Notes under the pieces: generated by a model | Told to the model about the DNA's origin: nothing | Databases searched by the model: none | Seen by the model: the letters and a program-made list of their open reading frames with translations, nothing else | Source of the DNA: Gammaproteobacteria bacterium | Lineage (GTDB): Bacteria > Pseudomonadota > Gammaproteobacteria > Eutrophobiales > Eutrophobiaceae | NCBI GenBank assembly: GCA_965116585.1 | Contig: OZ220714.1 | Location: 159,651 to 223,650, forward strand | Reading direction: 5' to 3' | Length of the DNA: 64,000 nucleotides | Position numbers and translations under genes: made by a program | Shown here: one piece after another, positions 10,063-19,115 of the stretch | How positions within the stretch are numbered: the first letter of the stretch is position 1 | Layout of the letters: every line of letters starts with the position of its first letter

Positions 10063-12506
10063 CACGCCAACTCCGCTGCGCCGAGTTCCCTGAGTGGCGC
10101 AAACTCGTGTTTGTCGTGACCTAGCACCCGCTCCTCCCACGGGTCGGTTTGATAAAACGTTTGTGAATGGACGAAGCGCTCATATAGCGCCTGGCGATTG
10201 GCCGCATCATCGACGACCGCATCCCGGATCGAAGCAACCCCCACGCGCCTGGCCCACTTGTAGATCCGTTCCAGGTAATGGCCTTGTTCCCGGTACAGTT
10301 GGATGACGGCGGTCACGAGTTCCAGGGCGGCGTCCTCGTTATCGACGTGCCCCAATAACTCCGTGCCCTGCACGTCCATCCCGGCGGCGCCGGCGAAGTG
10401 TACGTCATACCCGGATTCCACGCACACGATGCCTACGTCCTTGCAGGTGGCCTCGGCGCAGTTCCTGGGGCATCCGGACACGGCCATTTTTATCTTCGCA
10501 GGCGTCCACGACCCCCACAGGAACTTTTCCAGGCGCACCCCCAGCCTGGTGGAATCCTGGGTCCCGAAGCGGCACCATTCCTTGCCCACGCAGGTCTTGA
10601 CCGTGCGGATGGCCTTGGCGTAGGCATGGCCCGACACCAGGCCGGCCCGGTTCAGGTCGGCCCAGACCGCAGGCAGGTCTTCCTTGTTAATGCCCAGCAT
10701 ATCGATACGCTGGCCGCCCGTGACCTTGACGGTGGGGATGTCGAACTTGTCAACCACGTCCGCAATGGCGCGCAACTCGCCGGAGGACGTCATGCCGCCC
10801 CACATCCTTGGCACCACGGAATAAGTGCCGTCCTGCTGGATGTTCGCGTGCACCCGTTCGTTGATGAAACGGGACTGGCTGTCATCCACGTATTCACCCG
10901 GCCAGGTTGCCAGCAGGTAGTAGTTCAGGGCCGGGCGGCATTTGGCGCAGCCCCCGGAACTCTGCCATTCCAGCGCCTGCATCAGGTCCGGAATGGTCTT
11001 CAGTTGCTGCGCGCTGATGAGGCGGCGCACGTCCGAATGGCCCAGGTCGGTGCACCCGCACAAGGGGGTTACCGTTGCCGGCTGGTAGGAATCGCCCAGT
11101 CTCAGCAACAGCAGTTGTTCCACCAGGCCGGTGCACGACCCGCAGGATGCGGACGCCCGGGTGCAGGCGCGCACTTCTTCCAGCGTGCCCAGCTTGTGCT
11201 CGTCAATGGCTTGTTTAATCGTCCCTTTTGTGACGCCGTTGCAGCCGCAGATCTCCGCATCATCCGGCAGGGCCGCCACGGCCGCGGTCGGGTCCTGGGA
11301 CGCGCCCTCCGCATAACCGGGGCCGAAGATCATATAATCACGAATCCCGGAAATGTCCGTCCTGTCCTTGATCATCTGGAAGTACCAGCCCATGGAAGAA
11401 GTGTCTCCGTACAGGACCGTGCCGACTAATTGATCGTCCTCAATAACGAGCCGCCGGTAGATACCCTGGTTCGGGTCGCGCAGCACGATCTCCTCCCGGT
11501 TATCGCCGTCGGCAAAGTCGCCGGCGGAATAGAGATCGATCCCGGTCACCTTTAATTGTGCCGCAGTGACACGGTTCTCAAAACGCTGCTCCTCGTCACC
11601 AAGCAGGGTACAGGCGGCAACGTTTGCCATTTCATACAACGGCGCCAGCAGCCCGTACACGGCGCCGTCAAATTCCGCACATTCACCCACTGCCAGGATA
11701 TCGGGGTCTGAGCTGCGCATGTGCTCATCTACGGTGATCCCGCGTGCGACTTGCAAGCCCGCGTTTTCAGCCAACCACACATTGGGTCGAATGCCTACTG
11801 CCATGACGATGAGGTCGGCCTGTATGGTGGAACCGTCCCTGAACTGCACCCCTGTTACGTGCTCGTCGCCGGTAATGGCTTTGGTATGCCTGCCCGTCAA
11901 CACCCGGATGCCCAGAGCCTCAATCGCGCGTTGCAACAGGTGGCCCGCGGTGGCATCGAGTTGTTTGTCCATAAGCGTGGCGTTACGATGCACCACCGTC
12001 ACTTCCATACCCCGGTTGCGCAACCCCGCGGCGGCCTCCAGGCCCAGCAGTCCGCCGCCGATGACCACCGCCTGCCGCCGGGTTTCAGCCGCGGCCAGCA
12101 TGGCCTTCACGTCGTCCAGGTCCCGGTAGGAGACGATGCCTTGCTTGTCATTTCCCGGTACCGGCAGCATAACCGGTGACGACCCGGTGGCGATCAGCAG
12201 CTTGTCGTAAGGCTCGGCGATGCCGTTGGTGGCCTTGACGACCTTGTTCTGCCGGTCTATTTCGGTGACCGGGCAGCCCCGGTAGAGAATAAAGTTATGC
12301 TTGAAGTACCAGTCATCCCCGTGGATGATGGTTTTCTCGAAAGATTCCTCACCGGACAACACCGGAGAGAGCATGACGCGGTTATAACTGACCCGGGGCT
12401 CGGCATTGAAAATGGTAACGTTGTAGGCATCAGGGTCTCTTTCATTGAGCTTTTCCAGGACGCGTCCGGGCGCCATACCGTTGCCTACGACTATCAACTC
12501 TTTCAT
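10062..12506 (-). CDS. nirB: Nitrite reductase (NADH) large subunit
   Basis: VVGNGMA FAD motif, GGGLLGLEAA, two BFD-like [2Fe-2S] motifs (ICGCNGV, CGSC, GCAKC), VKTCVGKEWCRFG and SGCPRNC siroheme motifs. Confidence 0.95.
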   Translation of the reverse strand: MKELIVVGNGMAPGRVLEKLNERDPDAYNVTIFNAEPRVSYNRVMLSPVLSGEESFEKTIIHGDDWYFKHNFILYRGCPVTEIDRQNKVVKATNGIAEPYDKLLIATGSSPVMLPVPGNDKQGIVSYRDLDDVKAMLAAAETRRQAVVIGGGLLGLEAAAGLRNRGMEVTVVHRNATLMDKQLDATAGHLLQRAIEALGIRVLTGRHTKAITGDEHVTGVQFRDGSTIQADLIVMAVGIRPNVWLAENAGLQVARGITVDEHMRSSDPDILAVGECAEFDGAVYGLLAPLYEMANVAACTLLGDEEQRFENRVTAAQLKVTGIDLYSAGDFADGDNREEIVLRDPNQGIYRRLVIEDDQLVGTVLYGDTSSMGWYFQMIKDRTDISGIRDYMIFGPGYAEGASQDPTAAVAALPDDAEICGCNGVTKGTIKQAIDEHKLGTLEEVRACTRASASCGSCTGLVEQLLLLRLGDSYQPATVTPLCGCTDLGHSDVRRLISAQQLKTIPDLMQALEWQSSGGCAKCRPALNYYLLATWPGEYVDDSQSRFINERVHANIQQDGTYSVVPRMWGGMTSSGELRAIADVVDKFDIPTVKVTGGQRIDMLGINKEDLPAVWADLNRAGLVSGHAYAKAIRTVKTCVGKEWCRFGTQDSTRLGVRLEKFLWGSWTPAKIKMAVSGCPRNCAEATCKDVGIVCVESGYDVHFAGAAGMDVQGTELLGHVDNEDAALELVTAVIQLYREQGHYLERIYKWARRVGVASIRDAVVDDAANRQALYERFVHSQTFYQTDPWEERVLGHDKHEFAPLRELGAAELA

Positions 12507-12618
12507 CGCGGTTTCCTGACGAGGGATGGAAGCAAGCATAGCATAAAGTACGGAAAGTTAAACGAGCGAGCGCCGGCAACCTGATAGAGACCAGGCTGTG
12601 GTAAAATCCCCGCATCCA

Positions 12619-13383
12619 ATGAGCACTCTGAGCGACAAACACGCGGTGGTTACCGGCGGCAGCAGGGGTATAGGCGCGGCCATTGCTGTCGAACTGGACC
12701 GCCTGGGCGCCAGGCTTACCCTCATGGGCCGAACGCAAAGCAGCCTGCAGGCCATGGCCGAAAAACTGGAGCTGGCCAATGCCGTCAGCGTGGATGTGAG
12801 CGATGCACAAGCCGTGGAGGCGGGCTTCCGGCAGGCGGCAGACAGGTTCGGTCCGGTCGATATCCTGGTGAATAATGCCGGCGGCGTGCACAGCAGCCCG
12901 TTCACGCGTATCGGCACTGACAACTGGGATCGAACACTGGCCGTGAACCTGAACAGCGTGTTTTACTGTAGCAGGCAAGTGTTGCAGGGCATGCGGCAAG
13001 CAGACTGGGGGCGCATCATCAATATCGCCAGCAGCGCGGGCTTGAAGGGTTATGCTTATGTTGCGGCCTATTGCACGGCCAAGCACGGCGTGGTCGGCCT
13101 GACCCGGGCGCTGGCGCAGGAAGTGGCTGCGAGCGGCATCACCGTGAATGCGATCTGTCCGGGCTATGTCAATACGGACTTGCTCAGCGAGTCCATAAGC
13201 AGGATCATGGACAAGACCGGCATGAGCCGGGAAGACGCGGTAGCGAACCTGAAATCAAACAATCCGCAGGGCCGGTTTATCGAACCCGATGAGGTAGCCG
13301 CCGCGGCAGCTTGGCTATGCCTGCCCGGCAGTGAATCCGTCACCGGCCAGGCCCTGGCCATTGCCGGTGGTGAGGTGATGTAA
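12619..13383 (+). CDS. Short-chain dehydrogenase/reductase
   Basis: [12 protein letters not shown] and YCTAK motifs. Confidence 0.9.
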   Translation: MSTLSDKHAVVTGGSRGIGAAIAVELDRLGARLTLMGRTQSSLQAMAEKLELANAVSVDVSDAQAVEAGFRQAADRFGPVDILVNNAGGVHSSPFTRIGTDNWDRTLAVNLNSVFYCSRQVLQGMRQADWGRIINIASSAGLKGYAYVAAYCTAKHGVVGLTRALAQEVAASGITVNAICPGYVNTDLLSESISRIMDKTGMSREDAVANLKSNNPQGRFIEPDEVAAAAAWLCLPGSESVTGQALAIAGGEVM

Positions 13384-13385
13384 CC

Positions 13386-14195
13386 ATGAACATAACAGAA
13401 TTCAAGCCGGAACATTTTGACTGGTCTTGTACGGATGGCATTGCCACGCTGACCCTGAATCGTCCGGAACGGAAAAATCCCCTGACTTTCGCTTCCTACG
13501 CGGAACTGCGTGATACGTTTCGCCTGCTGGTTGAAGCCGATGAGGTCAAGGTAGTCATTATTACCGGCGCCGAGGGGAACTTCTGCTCCGGTGGCGACGT
13601 GCGTGACATCATCGGGCCGTTGACGGAAATGAACATGAAAGACCTGCTGAAATTCACCCGTATGACCGGCGACCTGATCAAGGCCATGCTCCATTGCCCG
13701 CAACCAATCATCGCCGCGGTGGATGGGACCTGCGTGGGAGCAGGAGCCTGTATCGCCATGGCCAGCGATCTGCGTATCGCCACGCCCGCGGCAAAAACTG
13801 CGTTCCTGTTCACCCGTGTCGGACTGGCCGGTTGCGACATGGGCGCGTGCGCCATGCTGCCCCGGATCATCGGCCAAGGGCGCGCCGCGGAACTGCTTTA
13901 CAGCGGCCGTTCCATGAGCGCAGAAGAAGGCCTGCGCTGGGGATTTTACAACTCCCTGGTCACGGCGGATGCCCTGGCGGACGAGGCGCGCAAGCTGGGC
14001 GCACAACTTCTGCGCGGGCCGGCGTTCGCGCACGGCATCACCAAGACCATGCTGCGCCAGGAATGGAACATGAGCCTGGAACAGGCTATTGAGGCTGAGG
14101 CCCAGGCCCAGGCCGTGTGCATGCAGACCGGGGACTTCCAGCGCGCCTACCGCGCGTTTATCAACAAGGAAAAACCCGTATTCAAAGGTGACTGA
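13386..14195 (+). CDS. Enoyl-CoA hydratase/isomerase family protein
   Basis: [31 protein letters not shown]. Confidence 0.9.
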   Translation: MNITEFKPEHFDWSCTDGIATLTLNRPERKNPLTFASYAELRDTFRLLVEADEVKVVIITGAEGNFCSGGDVRDIIGPLTEMNMKDLLKFTRMTGDLIKAMLHCPQPIIAAVDGTCVGAGACIAMASDLRIATPAAKTAFLFTRVGLAGCDMGACAMLPRIIGQGRAAELLYSGRSMSAEEGLRWGFYNSLVTADALADEARKLGAQLLRGPAFAHGITKTMLRQEWNMSLEQAIEAEAQAQAVCMQTGDFQRAYRAFINKEKPVFKGD

Positions 14196-15346
14196 TGGCG
14201 GACCGCAGCTTTCTCGACTGGCCTTTTTTTTCGGAACAACATAAACGACTGGCCGTGGCGCTGGATGACTGGGCGCAGCAATCCCTGCCGCGCCAACATC
14301 CGGCGGACGTGGATGCGGCGTGCCGGGAACTGGTGAAACTGCTGGCCACGGGCGGCTGGCTCAGCCATGCCGCGCCGGCGCCCGGCACTAACAAGGCGCC
14401 GGACGTCAGGTCGTTATGCCTGATCCGCGAGACCCTGGCGCGCCATACCGGCCTGGCGGATTTCGCCTTCGCCATGCAGGGGCTTGGCAGCGGCGCCATC
14501 GCCTTGTACGGCAACCGGCAACAACAGGAGGATTACCTGCCGGCGGTACGCGATGGTGAGAAAATTGCCGCATTTGCCCTGTCCGAACCTGAAGCAGGCT
14601 CTGACGCGCTGTCAATGACCACACGCGCGGTAACAGACGGGAACGATTACGTCATTAACGGCGAGAAGACCTGGATCTCAAACGGCGGCATCGCCGACTT
14701 CTACACCTTGTTTGCCCGCACCGGCGAGCAAGCCGGCGCCGGCGGCATCAGCGCGTTCATCGTGGATGCCGGCACGCCGGGACTGGCGATCGCAGAACGC
14801 ATCGAAGTCATTGCACCCCACCCCCTGGCGCGCCTTGAGTTCAGGGATTGCCGGGTGCCGGCGGCGAACCTGCTGGGCAAGCCGGGCGAGGGCTTCAAGG
14901 TTGCCATGGCGACCCTGGACGTATTCCGCGCCAGCGTAGGCGCCGCGGCACTGGGTTTTGCCCGGCGCGCGCTGGATGAAACCCTGCAACACACCGGCAC
15001 ACGGCAGCTTTTCGGCAAAACACTGGCTGCCATGCAGATGACCCGCGCCAGCGTTGCCGACATGGCCGTCGCCGTGGATACTGCCGCGCTGCTGGTCTAT
15101 CGCGCCGCCTGGACCCGGGATTGCCGCGCCGACCAGGTAACCCGGGAAGCCGCCATGGCCAAGCTGCATGCCACTGAAGCCGCGCAGCAGGTGATAGACC
15201 AGGCCGTGCAGTTATTCGGCGCCCGCGGCGTCACCCGCGGCACGACAGTGGAACAACTCTACCGTGAAATTCGCGCCCTGCGCATCTACGAAGGCGCTTC
15301 GGAGATTCAGAAACTGATCATCGCGCGCGAAACGATGGGGAATTAA
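14195..15346 (+). CDS. Acyl-CoA dehydrogenase
   Basis: [31 protein letters not shown]; start overlaps the upstream stop (TGATG). Confidence 0.92.
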   Translation: MADRSFLDWPFFSEQHKRLAVALDDWAQQSLPRQHPADVDAACRELVKLLATGGWLSHAAPAPGTNKAPDVRSLCLIRETLARHTGLADFAFAMQGLGSGAIALYGNRQQQEDYLPAVRDGEKIAAFALSEPEAGSDALSMTTRAVTDGNDYVINGEKTWISNGGIADFYTLFARTGEQAGAGGISAFIVDAGTPGLAIAERIEVIAPHPLARLEFRDCRVPAANLLGKPGEGFKVAMATLDVFRASVGAAALGFARRALDETLQHTGTRQLFGKTLAAMQMTRASVADMAVAVDTAALLVYRAAWTRDCRADQVTREAAMAKLHATEAAQQVIDQAVQLFGARGVTRGTTVEQLYREIRALRIYEGASEIQKLIIARETMGN

Positions 15347-15472
15347 GAATTAGGAATTAGGAATTAGGAATTAGGAATGGGTGCATTCTGCAAGTTAATC
15401 ATCTTGATGAGCAAGAAACCGGAATAATTTCTACATTATCAATTCCTAATTCGTAATTCCTAATTCTTAATT
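15339..15472. repeat. Inverted heptamer tandem-repeat element A: (GGAATTA)n...(TAATTCC)n
   Basis: About 6 GGAATTA-type units at 15339-15379 and about 4 complementary units at 15441-15472. Confidence 0.9.
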
Positions 15473-15481
15473 ATAAAAGTT

Positions 15482-16774
15482 ATGAAAGTCGCACTCAAAT
15501 CCCTGGGTTGCCGCCTGAACGAAGCCGAACTGGAACACTGGGCTGCGGGTTTCCAGGCGCAGGGACATAGTCTGGTGGGCGCTACGGATGATGCCGACCT
15601 GCTCGTCATCAACACCTGTGCGGTGACCCGCGAGGCGGCAAAAAAGTCCCGGCAACTGATCCGGCGCACACAGCGGCGTAACGCCCGCGCCAAGCTGGTG
15701 GTCAGTGGTTGTTACGCCAGCCTGCAACCCGGCGCAACAGCACAGTTGCCGGGCGTGGACCTGATAGTCGGCAATGCGGAAAAGGATAACCTGGTCGATA
15801 TCGTCAAGCGCCGGCTTGCGCTTGACGCGCTGCCCGCCACAGCTACCGAACCGGGTGAGAATGCCTTGTTTACCCGGGGGCGTAACCGGGCTTTCATCAA
15901 GGTACAGGATGGTTGCCGGCACCAATGCACGTTCTGCATCGTCACCGTGGCGCGCGGCGCCGAACGCAGCCGGCCGCTGCAGGAAATCGTGGCGGAGGTC
16001 AACAGGATGCGCTCGGACGGGATTATGGAGGTCATCCTTACCGGTGTGCACGTCGGCGGGTACGGACATGATCTCGGTACGGATTTGCCGGGGCTGATCA
16101 ACGCCGTGCTCAATGAAACCGACATCCCAAGAATACGCCTGGGTTCGCTGGAACCCTGGAACATCCCTGATAATTTCGTCACGTTATTTGACAACCCCAG
16201 GTTTATGCCGCACTTGCACCTGCCCTTGCAGAGCGGTAGCGACAGCGTACTGCGGCGCATGGGCCGGCGCTGCAAGCGTGCGGAGTTTGCGCGCCTGGCG
16301 CGAACGCTCAGGGCCCACGTGCCAAACCTGAATATCACCACCGACATCATTGTCGGCTTTCCCGGAGAAACCGACGGGGAATGGCAACAGACCCTGGAGT
16401 TCTGCCGGGAAACCGGGTTTTCGCATATCCATGTCTTTCCCTACTCGGCCCGCACCGGCACCCGGGCCGCGACACTGCCGGGGCAGGTGCCCCCAGAGGT
16501 AATAAAACCGCGCTGCCGGGAGTTGCACCGGTTGGGGCAGCAGTTGAAACACGACTACATGCGGCGCCACCTGGGACAGCGCTTCGAAGTACTGGTGGAA
16601 AGCGACATCGGGGAGCTCAACGGACACCCGATACGTTTCGGTTACTCCCCGAATTATCTGCGTACCGCCATCCCGGTATCAGGCCCAGCGCCATATCCCA
16701 ACAGTATTATCACAGTGCAGGCCGAGGGCTATGATGAGGGCAGCGCTACGCTGACAGGGACCTTCAATTCCTGA
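15482..16774 (+). CDS. mtaB: tRNA t6A37 methylthiotransferase MtaB (radical SAM)
   Basis: SLGCRLN, INTCAVT, SGCYA UPF0004 cysteines; RAFIKVQDGCRHQCTFC; HVFPYSARTGT. Confidence 0.9.
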   Translation: MKVALKSLGCRLNEAELEHWAAGFQAQGHSLVGATDDADLLVINTCAVTREAAKKSRQLIRRTQRRNARAKLVVSGCYASLQPGATAQLPGVDLIVGNAEKDNLVDIVKRRLALDALPATATEPGENALFTRGRNRAFIKVQDGCRHQCTFCIVTVARGAERSRPLQEIVAEVNRMRSDGIMEVILTGVHVGGYGHDLGTDLPGLINAVLNETDIPRIRLGSLEPWNIPDNFVTLFDNPRFMPHLHLPLQSGSDSVLRRMGRRCKRAEFARLARTLRAHVPNLNITTDIIVGFPGETDGEWQQTLEFCRETGFSHIHVFPYSARTGTRAATLPGQVPPEVIKPRCRELHRLGQQLKHDYMRRHLGQRFEVLVESDIGELNGHPIRFGYSPNYLRTAIPVSGPAPYPNSIITVQAEGYDEGSATLTGTFNS

Positions 16775-16790
16775 TTATTCCGCGCAAATT

Positions 16791-17255
16791 TTACTTGTAG
16801 AGGACTATCTCCCCTTCCAGGTTTACCAAATCAGCATAAACTGTATTGACTTTTTCCAACTCCCTGCCGATGTCGTCCACGCTTGAGAAAGCGCCGAGCA
16901 GGGGTGGGTTTTTCAGCAGGATATGGCCCTGGTACATCCGTTTTTCAATGGCCCTCGCCTGTTCGGGTGGGACGCGCAGTTTCCATATTCCGGCCTTGAG
17001 ACGGCCCAGTTGTTTACGCACGTCGTTGCGCGCCTGCTCGAGTTTTTCGTACTCGGTACGCATACTCGCCCGGCGCGCTTGCTCAACGGACAATACGTCA
17101 ATATCCGGTTCCTGTTGCAATTGCGCGCTAGCCTGTAGCTGAGTGTTTTGTCGTGTTGCGGCGTCTTGCGTTTCTTTGTCGGTGTCGTTCAGCAACGGGT
17201 AGAGCAGGACACCGGCGCCTGACAACAGGGCAAGAATAAGCAGTTTTCTGTTCAT
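16791..17255 (-). CDS. Hypothetical membrane-anchored coiled-coil protein
   Basis: N-terminal hydrophobic segment followed by a helical charged region; fills the gap between genes. Confidence 0.6.
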   Translation of the reverse strand: MNRKLLILALLSGAGVLLYPLLNDTDKETQDAATRQNTQLQASAQLQQEPDIDVLSVEQARRASMRTEYEKLEQARNDVRKQLGRLKAGIWKLRVPPEQARAIEKRMYQGHILLKNPPLLGAFSSVDDIGRELEKVNTVYADLVNLEGEIVLYK

Positions 17256-17358
17256 TTCAGTTATTTATCCGGGCGTACCGGAACCAGGTCAGGAAGCTCT
17301 TTACCTGGTTTCTCAATTCAGGTTGAATATCATATAGATCGTTTAACCTTATGTTTTT

Positions 17359-17943
17359 TTGAAAAAAGTACTTGATTCCGATTTGTCGATAGGATATAAG
17401 TTCCGGTCGAGAACTGCAACCGGGGGAATAACCGTGTTGTTACAACTGGCAAAAAACATGATGGGCAAGCGTCTGCCCGAGGCGCACAAGGCCGCACGAA
17501 CAGATAACGAAGATCTTCCCATTACTGATGCCCAAACGGGTTTTATTCACCACCGCCAGGGCATACCGTTACATTACAAACGCTTCCTGCCCGGCCGCGG
17601 AGATAACCCCTCGGCGGATGAGCGTGGCCGCGTGGGATTGTTGTTTGAAACCCGTGAACGCCTTAAGGCAGGCACGTTCATTGAGGTTGTCATCACCCTG
17701 CAAGGCAAGCCGGAAAAAATCCGTGGCAAGGTGGTCATGGTGCGTGAACGGGACGGCTATTATGAAATAGGCCTGTGGCTGGTGCGCCATGCAGACGCCA
17801 CTCGTATGCGTATCCTGGAACAGTCCTGCTATATCGAAGACTACATAAAGGAAAAAAAATTCCGCGAAGGCCCTTTTGCGCTCAACCGCGACGGCGCGGC
17901 ACAGGAATGGATCAGGAAATACGCCGCAGATTTGCCAGGGTGA
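17359..17943 (+). CDS. PilZ-like domain protein (start uncertain, possibly 17458)
   Basis: GLLFET..LKAGTFIEVVI...RGKVVMV...YEIGL barrel pattern plus a C-terminal RILEQSCYIEDY...AAQEWIRKYA helix seen in stand-alone gammaproteobacterial PilZ proteins. Confidence 0.6.
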   Translation: MKKVLDSDLSIGYKFRSRTATGGITVLLQLAKNMMGKRLPEAHKAARTDNEDLPITDAQTGFIHHRQGIPLHYKRFLPGRGDNPSADERGRVGLLFETRERLKAGTFIEVVITLQGKPEKIRGKVVMVRERDGYYEIGLWLVRHADATRMRILEQSCYIEDYIKEKKFREGPFALNRDGAAQEWIRKYAADLPG

Positions 17944-18289
17944 GGGAATTGGGAATTAGGAATTAAGAATTAGGAATGGATGTGTCGCCTGCGGCGACTG
18001 TTGTGTGACTGGATTCCTGCCACCGCTCAACGCCACACAGGGGCAAGCTTGCACAGGAATGACGAATGGAGCATGTTATAATACTCAATTCCTAATTCCT
18101 AATTCCTAATTCCTAATTCCTAATTCCTAATTCCTAATTCCTAATTCCTAATTCCTAATTCCTAATTCCTAATTCCTAATTCCTAATTCCTAATTCCTAA
18201 TTCCTAATTCCTAATTCCTAATTCCTAATTCCTAATTCCTAATTCCTAATTCCTAATTCCTAATTCCTAATTCTTAATTCCTAATTCCC
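17944..18289. repeat. Inverted heptamer tandem-repeat element B with a 29-unit (AATTCCT)n arm
   Basis: Left arm 17944-17978; palindrome gtcgcc-tgc-ggcgac at 17984-17998; right arm 18087-18289 has 26 perfect AATTCCT units, then AATTCTT, AATTCCT, AATTCCC. Confidence 0.95.
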
Positions 18290-18903
18290 AACAAAACCCC
18301 CGTCCCACCCAGACCGCAATAACCGCCCGGGTTTTTGGCCAGGTATTGCTGGTGGTAATCTTCGGCATAATAGAAAGCCGGGGCGTCGATGATCTCGGTG
18401 GTGATGCTGCCGTAACCGCTTTTTTCCAGTAGCGCCTGGTAATTGTCCCGGCTTGCCAGGGCCGCGCGTTGCTGTTGTTCCGAATACGTGTAAATTCCCG
18501 AGCGGTATTGTGTCCCCACGTCATTGCCCTGGCGCATGCCCTGGGTGGGGTCGTGCGCCTCCCAGAATACCCGCAATAACTCGTGATAGGAGACGGCGCC
18601 AGGGTCATACACCACCAGCGTTACTTCGTTATGGCCGGTCATGCCGCTGCATACTTCCTGGTAAGTGGGGTTGGGCGTCAGGCCGGCCGCGTAGCCGACT
18701 GCCGTCGTGTAAATTCCGTCAAGCTGCCAGAACTTCCGTTCCGCACCCCAGAAGCAGCCCAGTCCGAACAGGGCTTGCAGCATTTCCTGGGGAAAAGGAG
18801 GTTGCAGTGGGCGGCCGTTGACGTAATGCCTGTCAGGGACCGGCATCGGTACGGCGCGCCCGGGCAAGGCCTGGCTCCTGTCCGGGGTTCTTGTCTTGTT
18901 CAT
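18274..18903 (-). CDS. msrA: Peptide-methionine (S)-S-oxide reductase
   Basis: GCFWG active site, [39 protein letters not shown]. Confidence 0.96.
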   Translation of the reverse strand: MNKTRTPDRSQALPGRAVPMPVPDRHYVNGRPLQPPFPQEMLQALFGLGCFWGAERKFWQLDGIYTTAVGYAAGLTPNPTYQEVCSGMTGHNEVTLVVYDPGAVSYHELLRVFWEAHDPTQGMRQGNDVGTQYRSGIYTYSEQQQRAALASRDNYQALLEKSGYGSITTEIIDAPAFYYAEDYHQQYLAKNPGGYCGLGGTGVLLGIRN

Positions 18904-19115
18904 GGCAAGCAGTCCAATGGTTTGGTTGTAAAACCAGTTTAATATTCGTGTAGTGAGATTGAAAGCGCGCATGAGCACCATCAACATGAGCACCATCAAC
19001 ATCTTTCCAGGCGCGTAAATTTCTGTTAGACTGGGCGCTCAAGTTGAAAAATATAACCCGCTGGGCCGTATAAAACAATCAAACAGGCCCTAAAAAAACG
19101 ATAGGGAGAGTATCA

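Noticed and set aside
17282-17310. ACCAGGTCAGG resembling SRP (4.5S) RNA
   Set aside because: It lacks the following TCCGGAAGGAAGCAGC domain IV sequence and the long flanking stem; it is only a small 8-bp hairpin.
18087-18289. Long repeat array as a possible CRISPR
   Set aside because: It is a pure 7-bp tandem repeat with no unique spacers, and there are no cas genes in the window.
18971-19000. 15-bp tandem duplication (atgagcaccatcaac x2) upstream of msrA
   Set aside because: Real, but only two units; it creates a spurious [11 protein letters not shown] extension and has no evident function.
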